The position numbers and the translations under genes are program-made. A model generated the notes under the pieces. It was not told where the DNA came from and did not search any database. It saw nothing but the letters and a program-made list of their open reading frames with translations. A stretch of 64,000 bases of DNA from Octopus sinensis (lineage: Eukaryota). Shown here piece after piece: positions 51,466 to 64,000 of the stretch. Every line of letters starts with the position of its first letter. The stretch's first letter is position 1. The stretch spans positions 49,352,001 through 49,416,000 of the forward strand of contig NC_043013.1 of NCBI RefSeq assembly GCF_006345805.1, read 5' to 3'.

Positions 51466-52204
51466 AACATATATTTCTATACTTACACACACACACACAA
51501 GAAGCATATATACTAATACTATAAGATATATAACAAGAGAAACACTAACTTACATGAATTTATAACTACCATATCTATTACAAGTCAACTTCCTTGATAT
51601 TTTTGTCTCTATCAAAATTATCTACCTCTCCAACTCTGTTTATTGTAAACCTACAGACCCTACTTTTATCCCAACTTTTATTCCTGTCATCCCACACACA
51701 GTAATTCTGAACTTTCTTACAACTACTCTGATACCACACCTCTGCATTATATGTCCCAAACACTCATGGATACCCTCCACTGCTAAGCCCAAGTCATCTG
51801 TTAGTTAGACAACTGTTCCCCATCCACTGCCATACATTCACCAGCCTGTTCACTAGATTTCTTTCCACTCCGTAATCCAGCTACTTTTGTTTACCATTCT
51901 GTAACTTCCACTTTTTACAGGTGAATCCCCATAAATGCTTTAAAATGTCAGGTCAGGTCACTACCGTATGCTACAGGTAATATGTAACCCAGTACAACTT
52001 GTCACATAATCGAGTTATCAGCAACTAAACCAGCAATCCCACCAAGTTTGCCTGATGAGAAGGGTGATTACAAGGACACCCTGCAGGATAAAAAACAAAA
52101 CCCAACAAATGGCAGAACTCAGGAGAGTCAACAGCCACCGAGTTTGTATAAGAAATGAAGAATGAAATAAAGGAGATTTGTATGTGGAAAGATCAATGGA
52201 ATAT

Positions 52205-52437
52205 ATATTTCTTTACTACCCACAAGGGGCTAAACATAGAGGGGACAAACAAGGATAGACAAAGGGATTAAGTCAATTACATCAACCCAGTGCAAAACTG
52301 GTACTTTATTTATCGACTCCGAGAGGATGAAAGGCAAGGTCGACCTCAGCGGAATTTGAACTCAGAACGTAACGACAAATGAAATACCATTAAGTATTTC
52401 GCCCAGCGTGCTAACGATTCTGCCAGCTCGCCGCTTC
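52205..52437 (-). mobile_element. Full-length SINE family B
   Basis: Same head, core and tail as 27550-27785. Confidence 0.88.
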
Positions 52438-54099
52438 TCTACCAAGCAGTTGCATAGGTGAGATGGTGACTCTGATAAGTCACCGGAAAAGAGGCATCGT
52501 GAGCTATGTTTTCATATTAGTAATCAAGGGGATGACTGAATTGAGCACCTAGATAGGGCACGAAATTTAATCGTATTGTGAATCCTCACTGGTTAGGATT
52601 GGTTGCTCAACCATGTCAAAGGATGAAATGAATGCCTCAATCTTCCCTAAGCCTTTACTCCCCTGCTTCAAAAATAATGAAAATCAATGTAACGTTCTGA
52701 TCAAGACTTCTTTCATATGACCCTTCAAAAGAAATATTTCTTGTAACCCAGAAAATGAGACCCACAAACACAAGTGAAAGCATCTCAGATGCAGCATATT
52801 AATCTTTGCTCTACGAAGTATGAAAATATACTGCAAATTCCTTTGATTCTGCCTTCCATCCTTCCAGCTATCTCATCTATTTACAGTATCTTTTCCTCTC
52901 CACTTTCTCTATCAAGATTCTTGTTTTGTGCTCATGTTTAAGTATAGGTTTAAGTATTAGTGTGTCTGTATAAGGGCACATATCCCATTGCATTTTTACT
53001 TGCATATATGTCTGTACAACTGTACGTGTACACATCAAGGAAGCTATCTGTATATATGCAGTCTGACAGTCTGACCAAATTTATGTCATTCTTACTACGG
53101 AAGTCCAAATTTCTAGGAGTAATCATGCTTCTTGCCTCCCACTCCTAACCTTTTCCTCTCCCTCTTTCCTCTTAACTTGATCTCAAGTGTGGTCTTACTC
53201 AAAACTATATATATATATATATATACATTAACAGGCAGACAGACAGATATTAATCAAAATTCTGAGAAGTGAGAGTTGAAATATTCATTCCATTTGTCAA
53301 CAGCTGTTTCATAGTCTGTATCCAGTCACAAGTGAAAAAGGTATTTCATCTCTCACTTCTCTGAATTTTGGCTAATATATACTCTCCACCATTGCAATTC
53401 CTGGATTTTCAGAAGGATAGCAATGTTAATATTATGTCCTAATCTCAACTATTATCTTTCTAGTTGAATCCCTATTTCTGTTTATGAATGTGTGTGTGTG
53501 CATACGTGTGTGTGCATGCGTGTGTGTGCATGCATGTCTGTGTGTGCATACATACATATGTACATATATACATGCATACATTCATAAACATTATACATAC
53601 ATTTTACACTTAGATGTCTCAACCAATTCATCAAGACCATTGTCATTCCAAAAAGATACTTATGAACAGACAGATGGTAAGAAGTACGTGTAGGAAGTGC
53701 CAAACAACATTTGATAAATAGAGTTACACTCCCTAAACTAAGAAAATACCACAGAAAACTTGTGAAAGCTTAGCTTGATTACAACAAGGTGTATAATCCT
53801 ATTCTCTACTCTTAGTTACTGAAACCATTCCTGTTAGCAAAATTACCTGCTTTCATTTTAGTTGCTGCCACTGAAAGGCTCACAAATCCAAGTCAACAAC
53901 TACTACACTTGTAATGGATAGCAGAATGATTGTCTTTGAGCTTATAAGTATTTCAAAAGGACTATTCTAAGAAAAATATATGTCTCTGCTTCTGTTTATT
54001 TAGGCAGTAAATCTGTTACAATTTTTTTAACAAAACCCAGAGGTTAAGTGTTAGGGTTTATAACTGTAAAAAACATCAGTGTAAACCATGATTTCTTTG

Positions 54100-55995
54100 T
54101 GGAGGAAGCCATAATTCAAAGTAAATATTCACACAGTGGCAGGTCTTCTGGAAATTGGGAGAGTATGGTCAAGAGACGTATTCTTGTTTTGTAGACCTGT
54201 TAAAGGAATACAACTGCATTACATGGGACTTGTTGTGGATGACTCAGTAGGAGAACAGGATAAATGGCTGGAGTATAAGATAAGAGTCAAAACCACTCAA
54301 TGTGGGTGTTGGACTCTGCCAAGGGTACATACTATCACCTCCTCTATTTATGATCTTTATGGTCAGGATTAACATGTATAGTCAGGTATTGGGATTGGCA
54401 GATGTAGGATCAGTTGGCTGGAATTTTCAGACATCATAGTACTACTCAACTCATTAGAAAATGATCTGTGGAATACATTTGATAGATTTGCTACTGAGAG
54501 CTGCTCAGCAGGAATGAAAATCAGTGCTGTGAAGATTGAGACACATATCCTTTCAAAGAGACCTGTGCAGTGCAATCTACATGTGAGTGGAGTTCCATTG
54601 AAGCAAGAGAAGTTCAAGTATGGAAGCTTTAAAGATCAATTGAACAGTCAGAGATTTAGAGACATTCTAATTGAGGCATTTAACAAGAGGGAGGAGCTAG
54701 AGATGTATAAACATGCAGAATAACTGGAGCTTGTTATGGGACAACCTACTGACAGCAACAAACCAACTTTGTGGCTGGTATAAAGTTTCAGCCAGACGAA
54801 AGGTAATGTCATGGAGGAACAATGAAGTAGCACCATAAAAGGAAGGATTGGGAAAATAGAGGTGGCAGAAAAAATGTAGCAGGTACCTAGAAGAGAGGCT
54901 AGGCAATAGGTTTATCTAGTAAGAAGAGAAGTAGAAAGGAAGAAATCTACCAATGTCCTATGGCATGAGAGCTAGAGGCATATGGTGTTCTAGTTGCAAG
55001 ACAGTGTGTATGGATGGATGACTGGATGTTAGTACACCTGCGCTGAGTAATTCTGAACAGAAAGAAGTATGGAACGGCTACTATGGGAGAGGCTATTAAA
55101 TATGGAGAAGGCATGGGAGAAGAGGAGTCTTTCTAATGAACCAGCCTGTGGGACTGGCCATTGTAGTTGACAGCAGTATGTTAGATAAGACAAGGATACA
55201 AAGACGGGGAAAGCTGAGACGCTTAAATTACCTGGCAAAGTGGGATACAGCCTAGTAACCTGTATAGTTAATTATGTAGTACAGAGAGGCATCATACTAC
55301 TGGTGTAGAAGTATTGTAGTTAACTCCTACAAGGGCAAAGAAGATGCCTCAGAGAGAAATAGTCCCAGTGGTATTAAATTGCCAGACAAAGTCATTCAAG
55401 TTACAGAAAGGGTAATAACTCAACTAATTTAGAAGAGAACATAGGTGAGGAACGGTCTGGTTTTGTACCAGGGAAGAATACCATTGATGCTTTCTTTTTA
55501 GTAAGTAGTTAGCCAAAAATAAAGTACTATACTTTGCATTTATCATTATGGAGAAGCCTTTGACGAGGTCCCTAGCTTCCTCACCTGGTGGTAATGCACA
55601 AGCTAAAAGTAGATAAATGGTTGGTGAGAGCTGTCCAAGTAATTTACAGGTGTGTTGTCAGTAAAATAAAAGTTGACAATGCATACAGCAATGAATTTAG
55701 TGTGCAGGTAAGTATTCAACAAGGTTCAGTTCTCAGTCCCCTCCTATTTTTCATAGTTCTCCAGGCCAAAACGGAGGAGTTTCAGATGGGTTGCTTGTGA
55801 AAGTTCCTCTATGCTGATGACTTCGTTCTTACGGTTGAAACTGTAGTGGAATTAGAAATGAAATTCCAAGTGTGGAAGCAAAACCTGGAATCAGAGGGCC
55901 TTAAGGTTAACTTAGCAAAGACCAAAGTTCTAGTTAGCAGGGAAACAAACAAACCACTAATCCCTTCGATAAGGCGAATAGGTGTTGGTAGAAAT
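54100..55995 (+). mobile_element. Degenerate RTE-clade LINE with RT domain
   Basis: GFVPGKNTIDAFF, QQGSVLSPLLFFIVL, LYADDFVL, GLKVNLAKTKVL. Stops and frameshifts are present. Confidence 0.85.
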
Positions 55996-56139
55996 TTGTG
56001 TCTAAACTCCAGCTTTAAATGCAGTGATATGATAGCTGCCCAAATGAAGATTAGCTATAGATACTGTACCAATTCAGCTGGTATGTATATAACAGAACAA
56101 AATCATTAAAACAGGAATGAAAACAAGATTATGACAGAT

Positions 56140-56800
56140 GTATATTTATACAACATATAGAGATAACCACAAAACAACTAATTTCCTCAACATTGCCTTA
56201 GATTTAATCTCATCCTTATATTCTCCAGACCATAAAGCAAATGAGTATTTTCAATATATCACTATTAAATCTGACAATCGTAGATCAATATTGTCAAACA
56301 GTATTTCCATTGGAATCTCTAACCTGTCTGCAAACAAAGAAATGTTTAATAACCATGACAAAATAAATTTTTTTATCTAACACCAAACTTCAGAATTGCT
56401 TGGCTAAGCTAGATCCTAAATCTAAACATACAGAGGCCATACACAATATTCCTAACTCTAACAGGGACACCTACTCTGCAAAAAACAGCAATTTCATTCC
56501 ATCATTACATTTGTTGCAACATCCCCCCACCACTTAAATTAAACCACAAGAGCACATGAGAAATGATCCTTAAATGAAAACTAGACTTCTCCCCAAATTT
56601 CAGGATTATCTAACAAGAGCAAGAAGAGAGGTGTATATCCTTTGGTATACACCTCTAATCTGCTTAAATGTTAAGGGATGCCAGAACAGTTATTTAGTAT
56701 TATTACCCACAACATAAGTACCACAAATTTTTTATTTGTTCACGATTAAACTGTCATACTCAGCTACACCTAATATTGGATCTATTATAGACATAAAGAC
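56140..56800 (+). mobile_element. Degenerate Penelope-like fragment
   Basis: TNFLNIALDL...YSPDHKANEYFQYITIKSDN, similar to the 39433 region. Confidence 0.65.
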
Positions 56801-57292
56801 TATTTTATAATTCACACCACCCTACTCATAATGACAGTAATAACAATAACTCAGATAGAAACTGTAATAACAGTACGGAAAAGTTTAAAAATGACGGTCA
56901 GCTTAACAGGAATAGTGATAATGGTAGTAACAGTCACAACAACAATAATAACAATGAGAATATCCATAGTAATAGAAGAAATAATAATCATAAGAAGAGC
57001 AAATATGAAAATATAAGGTAAAATACAGGTAACAATGTTCAGTGAGAGGATGACACACACACACTCTAATAATAATACATATAATATGGAATATATTCTG
57101 GGATGGTACAACAATGAGGACAGTTGATTTGATATGAGCACCTATTATGGTTATAATATCATTATGAATTCCACTGAGTAGGTTGCAAGAGTGAATGGGG
57201 AAGAGAGAGATGCAGGCACAGTGTGGAGGGATGAATATCAAAATTAATGGGGAAACAAGATTTATATAAGATTTGAACATATATAAGATTTG

Positions 57293-57337
<45 letters not shown>

Positions 57338-57774
57338 GTCTTTATATGAGAGTATTGTAGTTCACTTGAAGCATTGTGTATTGTTTCTAAAATATAACGT
57401 CTTGAATGGCACGACAATGCAGAGTGGACTTAATAACTGTTATAATTTAATTATCCATAGTCTGATATAATAATGATATTTCAGAATACAAAAATTCCTT
57501 CTTCAGATATCGCTTGGAATTGGTCGAGTCACTGCTATAGTCAGTTTTCCAATGGTTACTAAATTTTTTTTTCTGGAAGCGTTTCTGCAATGGTCTCATA
57601 AAGCTCTTTCCAGAATTCCTCATGAGAAGTGCATGAGGGCGGCCATATCTCAAGCTCGTGCATGTTGGCACATCTGCAGTGCTGTTTCTAAGTTATGTAT
57701 TATATGTGCAGTTTCTTTTATTTCTTTTCATAATACATGAGCATGTTATCAAAAATGAACCTACATGCATCCAG

Positions 57775-58135
57775 ATGTAGCTAAATGATATAGTGATTGC
57801 CAACCACCAGCCTGTTGTTAATTTGGGGCCCTAGTCTGTCTATCAGGATAGCTTCCTTAATCTTTAATTTACCCAAATTTCTTTCATTGGCCTCAATTGT
57901 GGCTGTTATGCTTTTGTCGGTGTTCTGGCATCTGTCTAGATGTTTTCTGAAGGAGGAGGCTTTCATGCTCAGATGTTCTTTGATGGGAATGTGTAATGGC
58001 CTTGTTGTGCTACCCACATAGAACTTGTTGCATTTGTTACATTATATTCTATACATAACATTTATCCGTTGGTATAAATCTGTGTCACGGATGGGGCAGT
58101 TAGCTAGTGTGCATTGATTGCTGTATGTCTACATA
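57775..58135 (-). mobile_element. Penelope-like GIY-YIG endonuclease fragment
   Basis: NVMYRI*CNKCNKFYVGSTTRPLHIPIKEH...KIKEAILIDRLGPQINNR. Confidence 0.8.
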
Positions 58136-58307
58136 CAACTAGCCCACTCTGGTCCCTCTCTGAGGAGACACCAAGCAAAGAAACGAGCAAAGGACAGCAA
58201 TCAATGAACACAGATTTTTAATAAAGTATATTACTCTACCTCTGGTATTCGAGTACTATTTTTTCCGACCTTGTTTCGCATTTATATGCTTACTCTGGTA
58301 TATATAT

Positions 58308-58341
<34 letters not shown>

Positions 58342-58434
58342 ATATATATATATATATATTTATACATATATATGTGTGTGTGTGTGTCTGTGTATGTCTC
58401 TTCTATTTTTAATTATTAGCAATCTTCCACTGAG

Positions 58435-59100
58435 GAAGTTAACACAGACAAATTCCCATTTGGAACTTGGGAAAAGTCTTGCATACTTTTACTGTTCCAC
58501 ACACAGATTGCACTTGTAATGTACGAATTAGTCGATCATTTTCTCTTTCTGAAAATCCCAGTTTATCCAAATTCTCCTTTAAGCATTTGCTAAAAAAACC
58601 TAGTGCTCTAATTATTATTGGTATGAATATGAATTCATAGTCTGGATATAGATGCTGGAGGTTTCAAAGCAGTTGTCCATAGATATCCTCTTTTTCTTTC
58701 ATTTACAAAGAGCTATGTATATCTGCAGAGCAGCTGACTTCTATGATGGTTCATACCTTTGCCTGTCTGTCCCAAACAACAATATCCGGCTTGTTATATT
58801 TACATTTGATAGAAGTTTTGATGGGAATATCCCACCAATATTCCTTGAGTTGGTGTTTATGAATGTATTCCAGAACAGAAAAATTTTCTAAGTTTATTTC
58901 AGGATAGTCTTGTGTCCAAGAAAGGCTGTGCTTTGTGTCAATTCTACTGTATTCTTCAAACTTCCAGGCAACCTACCCTGCATAGTCTTTTTGTTGTATG
59001 CTGAGTGCTTTCCATGCAGGTCTTCTCTGAGGTAAGAGAGCCCAGCTGCTTTGGGGCTGTATAGGAGATCATCAAGAAGACTAATCCTGAGGAACTCACT
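58435..59100 (-). mobile_element. R4/Dong-like non-LTR retrotransposon C-terminal restriction-like endonuclease fragment
   Basis: EYWWDIPIKTSIKCKYNKPDIVVWDRQAKV*TIIEVSC...FIPIIIRALG (PD-(D/E)xK RLE). Confidence 0.75.
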
Positions 59101-59327
59101 GCCATGCATGCATGCATGTATGTATGTATGTATGTATGTATATTGGTCCTTAATAATTAAAAGTAGAGTTGAAGATAATCAATTTTGAATTTCATCTTTT
59201 TCTTTACACTAAATATAGATGAGAATGAACAAACATTCTATGAAAAAAATAGATACTTGTTTTAGTATCAGCTTAAAATATTTTCCCATTTTTTCCATTT
59301 AAGTATCTAATAATGATTTCTAACATT

Positions 59328-59330
59328 AAC

Positions 59331-59404
<74 letters not shown>

Positions 59405-59427
59405 TAACAATAATAACAATAATAATA

Positions 59428-59485
<58 letters not shown>

Positions 59486-59488
59486 TAA
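59328..59488. repeat. (AAT)n microsatellite
   Basis: Directly visible. Confidence 0.95.
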
Positions 59489-60554
59489 TTTCTGTATCAG
59501 GGCCTTTTAGTAATACAAACTACTCAATGGTAATTTTGCTATTTTACCATCCATATTAATAAATTTTTTGAAACAAAAATTTTTCCTTTCATTCTGATGT
59601 CATTCCTAAGTTTTCAAAAGTATTTTGCATTTATTGAGCCAGGTAAACCATTACTTTGCAAGACTTTATAATATATAATTTTTTTTTTTCTATATTTTGA
59701 CATTTAATAATCATTAATAATTGCATATCTAGTTGTTTTCTATCAGAAATAAAATCAAAAATAATTTTTTTTAATGAGCAAACAAATTATCCATTTTCCC
59801 CCTTTTTCTTCCTAATTTATTTAAGTACACAAGGTGTACACAAAAATGCTTACTAAAATTTTAAAATACAGATTCACATGATACGGATAGTTTCTATGTG
59901 TTTTAGGCAATTTTGTGTATACAAACACACATATAGATAGATAGATAGATAGTTGGATATATGTATCTGTACGTACACACACGCACATACTCACACACAC
60001 ACATATACATAAACATGCGTGCACACACACACACACACATACACACAGAATGAGTATATACACATTTATATACTTACACATAAAATGCAAATGACATAAT
60101 AGAATGATGAACAGAAAAGTGAAATTTCCCTAAAATTCTATGATGGATCAGAATTGACAAAATAAATAAATATTGTTGTATATTTCATTTCTATAACTAT
60201 TTATGATTTTAAATATTAACATTGAAGATTAACAAATGCTAACTATAGATTTCATATGTACCAAGATTCAAAGTGGAAGGCTTTAATCCACTCAAATGAT
60301 GGTGAAATCCATGAATGACATGATCTTACAAAAAAAAATTGCTGAATGTTGTAAAGCTTAACATATTTTGTCACCAGATGTACACACAACATAAACTGAT
60401 ATACACACACACTTACACACACACACTCACACACACACACACTCACACACATATATGTACTTATACGTGTGTCTGTGTGGATGTGCATGTATATGTAAAA
60501 ATATACACAAACATATATATACATGTGTGTGTATGTGTGTATATATACACATAC

Positions 60555-60588
<34 letters not shown>

Positions 60589-60616
60589 ATATATACATAA
60601 TATATATATATATATA

Positions 60617-60655
<39 letters not shown>

Positions 60656-60657
60656 AG

Positions 60658-60691
<34 letters not shown>

Positions 60692-60712
60692 CATACATAT
60701 ATATATATATAC

Positions 60713-60763
<51 letters not shown>

Positions 60764-60821
60764 GCTTCATACTTCATCTATAAATACATATATATATATA
60801 TATATATATACATATATATAT

Positions 60822-61128
60822 GTGGAGGTGCAATGGCCTAGTGGTTTGGGCAGCGGACTCACGGTCGCAGGATCGCGGTTTCGATTCCCAGACCGGGCGT
60901 TGTGAGTGTTTATTGAACGAAAACACCTAAAAGCTCCACGAGGCTCTGGCAGGGGGTGGTGATCCCTGCTGTACTCTTTCACCACTCTTTCTCCCACTCT
61001 TTCTTCTGTTGGCCTGCTTGCTTAGCCAGCGGGGTGGCGTCATTCGAAGGCTAAAACAATGCGAACGCATTGTGACCAGCGATGTGTAACAACATCTGAT
61101 GGTCTGGTCGGTCACGTGATCACATGAT
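60822..61128 (+). mobile_element. tRNA-derived SINE (family E type) inserted in (TA)n
   Basis: A box tggcctagtggtt and B box ggtttcgattccc, followed by a non-tRNA body. Confidence 0.82.
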
Positions 61129-61130
61129 AT

Positions 61131-61164
<34 letters not shown>

Positions 61165-61880
61165 TTATTTCCATTATTGTCTGTGTTCAAGTATTTCCTA
61201 AAATTATTTCTGTACTCTAATGGAAAAAGTATTGTATGTGTGTGTATTTTGTGAGCATGCATGCATGTGTGTGTGTGTGTGAGTGTGTGTGTGTGTGTGT
61301 GTGTACAAACAAATTGACTCTAAAAATTGTTGAACATGAAGCAAATATAAATCTCCAGCAGATCATGCGAACCATGCTATATTAGCTGAATATAAGATAT
61401 ATTGAAGCAAAATCAGATTTTCATTAAAATTAGATAAACTTAAGCTATATTAGTATTTAAAATATTCAAATGTTAAAACAAGCTATTTTAAGAGGAGATA
61501 TATAATATCAACTGAAGCTTTTAGACCAATTATTCTTTCAGCAAATTTTTGCATTATATATACGAAAAATATTTATGTATATCCATACATAAATATATAC
61601 ATCTACACCTCCCCGCCCCCACACACACATATATATACAGTATGCATATGCATATATATATATATATACATATATGAATATATAATAACAGACATATATA
61701 TATATATATAATATATATATATATGCACACATAATATGAATATATATATATATGCGTAAGTATAGATGTCTACACAGATATACATGTATATATGTATATT
61801 TATATCTGTGCATATATATATATATGTATATTCAATTTATCTATCTATCTATCTCTTTCTCTCTCTCACACTCTTTCTCG

Positions 61881-61922
<42 letters not shown>

Positions 61923-62076
61923 GCTTTCAGAAACTCTGATAAATATGATGTAAAATACCCAGTTTCTAATAAATCCTATAAAGTTGCTCTATCACATGAT
62001 TGTGCTCCTTTTACATTGCAAAGTTAATATATAGCTAGAAATACTAGCAAAATCAACATTACATCATATATACATA

Positions 62077-62946
62077 CAGGGTCTGATCAATAAGTATCCG
62101 GACTGTTGTCATAGTAACGAAGCTAAAGCACACAGTTTGAAGCTGTTTGGCACAGATTAGCCTTGATCTCTGTTGAGCATGTGCACTAAGTTTTAACATT
62201 CTAGCTCATTTCCACTGTTTACAGCAATGCTTGGAAGTAAGGTGTGTAGCATGTGATAATCACACTGACCATGACATAAAGCTGTCATGGCAATACCTGC
62301 TCAGAGGCCTACACAAATTTGCATAAAGTGTATGGAGAGGAGTGTATGAGCTGCACAGGGTTCAGACGTTTCCATGATTGCCAAAAAAATGAAGATATTG
62401 ATAAACGTTCTAGGAGACCCGCAACCAGCAGAACTGAGAAAATATTGCAGAGGTGCATGAGCTGTGAGGGGAAATCGTCGAATCACCACCCTTGAGTTAT
62501 CAGAAGATGTGCAGATTAGTTACAGTTCAGTTCAGTCCATTATCACTGAAGATTTGGGTATGAGGTGTGTGTCTGCCAAGTTTGTGCCAAAACTGCTTTC
62601 AGCTGACCAAAAAGGCACTTGGGATTCAGTTGCACAAGATCTCCTTGATTGTGTTGAGAATGATGAAATTTTTTGAAACCTTTGCATAGGCCTCTGAGCA
62701 GGTATGGCTAAACTTTTGGCAAAATTTGATGCAGATTCTCTGCTCAACTTTCTCTGTCATGGTTAATGCGGTTATCACACGCTACACACCTTCCTTCCAA
62801 GCACTGCTGTAAACAGTGTAAGTGAGCTAGAATGTTAAAATTTAGTGCACATGCACAACAGAGATCAAGGCTAATCTGTGCGAAGCAGCTTTAGCTTTAG
62901 CCCCATTACTATGGCAACAGTGTGGATACTTATTGATCAGACCTGA
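62077..62946 (+). mobile_element. Mariner-derived non-autonomous element with ~250-bp inverted ends
   Basis: CAGGGTCTGATCAATAAGTATCC... mirrored at 62680-62946. Internal transposase remnant NRRITTLELSEDVQISYSSVQSIITEDLGMRCVSAKFVPKLL. Confidence 0.85.
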
Positions 62947-62951
62947 TATAT

Positions 62952-63017
<66 letters not shown>

Positions 63018-64000
63018 ATATGTATGTATTTATGCATGTATTTACATATACATATGTATGTGCATATATATATAAATATGTGTGTGCGTGTGTATATCTC
63101 CATGTGTGTATATATATATATATATGTATATACATATATATATATCTAAACATATATATAGACATATATATATCTAAACATATATATAGACATATATATA
63201 TATCTAAACATATATATATATCATTATAGCTAGACATATACATATATGTATCTATGCTTATATATGTGAGTGTAAGAGTATGCATATATGTATGTGTATG
63301 CATATACATATATTCAAATATTTGAATTTTGGCACATATCTTTTACAGCTGTCACTATTTTCTTTTGATAATCATTTAGCTGAGATCTTAAAAAATTATA
63401 CTTAATATCTTTTCATTTCAGACATATTACAGAAAGAAAAGCCATCTGCTTCAGGAAAAGATACAATGTTTGTCAGAAATTCAGAACTTCATCTGTTCTG
63501 TTGTCATATCTTAAAATAAGACTGACAAATTTTTAAACCAAAATTTAAAATGCATAGTTGTCTTTTGTGTTTTTCTGTCATCTTAAATGTATGTCATGTA
63601 AATAATGTATAACAAATTTTTAGATAATTCTAATATGTATAAAATTATTGGTAATATTCAAATAAGTGTAATATGACTGGTATAGTATGATTGGTAATAT
63701 CCTAAATAATAAATTATTAAATTAGATATTAATTTTTGAAAACCTTAACTATTTGTTCATGTAAAGACAAAAGCTATTGGAAGAAATGTAATTTCAATGT
63801 TAATAAATATGAAATATCAACGTTTGTAATTTGATATTTATTAAAAAAGGAATTGATGTCGCAGTATCTTTAAAATCAAATATAATTTATAGGTTTCTAA
63901 AAGTTTGTTTCTTCAAGAAATGTTCTTTTTTAAATATAAATTAATAATGTGTATAAAGCAGAAACAGGACAAAAGTGTAAGAGTCAGATTGTCTATCCAA

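Noticed and set aside
57447-57740. 74-aa and 62-aa ORFs
   Set aside because: Not recognisable; probably decayed transposon sequence.
58435-59488. Dong-type targeting of the nearby (AAT)n tract
   Set aside because: The tract is ~230 bp from the fragment and not at its 3' junction, so target specificity cannot be supported.
60252-60330. Possible phase-2 terminal exon [24 protein letters not shown]
   Set aside because: Weak AAG acceptor and no homology support.
60822-60900. tRNA-like sequence
   Set aside because: It is the head of a SINE: no proper acceptor stem, and it runs into a repeat body. The same applies to the other SINE heads.
10914-63309. Dozens of ORFs rich in YI, CV, HT, poly-N, poly-I or poly-L
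   Set aside because: They are translations of (TA)n, (TG)n, (AAT)n and similar microsatellites.
1-64000. CRISPR arrays, rRNA genes, operon-like systems
   Set aside because: No repeat-spacer arrays or rRNA similarity; the window is eukaryotic intronic and intergenic DNA.

Overview
AT-rich, microsatellite-saturated animal genomic DNA. The tRNA-derived SINE families, RTE/CRE/R4 LINE, Penelope and mariner relics point to an Octopus (coleoid cephalopod) genome; this is inferred from the repeat repertoire. Almost all ORFs in the supplied track are microsatellite or transposon artefacts. The only host coding sequence I can support is the 3' end of a minus-strand poly(rC)-binding KH-domain gene (PCBP3/mub family). 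It has two alternative phase-2 last exons: 23917-24169, ending in a PY-NLS-like KKVERAKFAPY, and 22665-22701, encoding (R)ITTEVCGMGIR, which resembles the vertebrate PCBP C-terminus. No KH exon was found, so the upstream intron probably runs past the window end (>39 kb). A ~14 kb SINE-depleted zone around and downstream of these exons may be a very long 3' UTR. It carries miRNA seed matches and a degenerate sense-strand hammerhead ribozyme. The large intron holds several fold-back structures and candidate extra terminal or micro-exons. All family assignments come from reading motifs, not from database searches.
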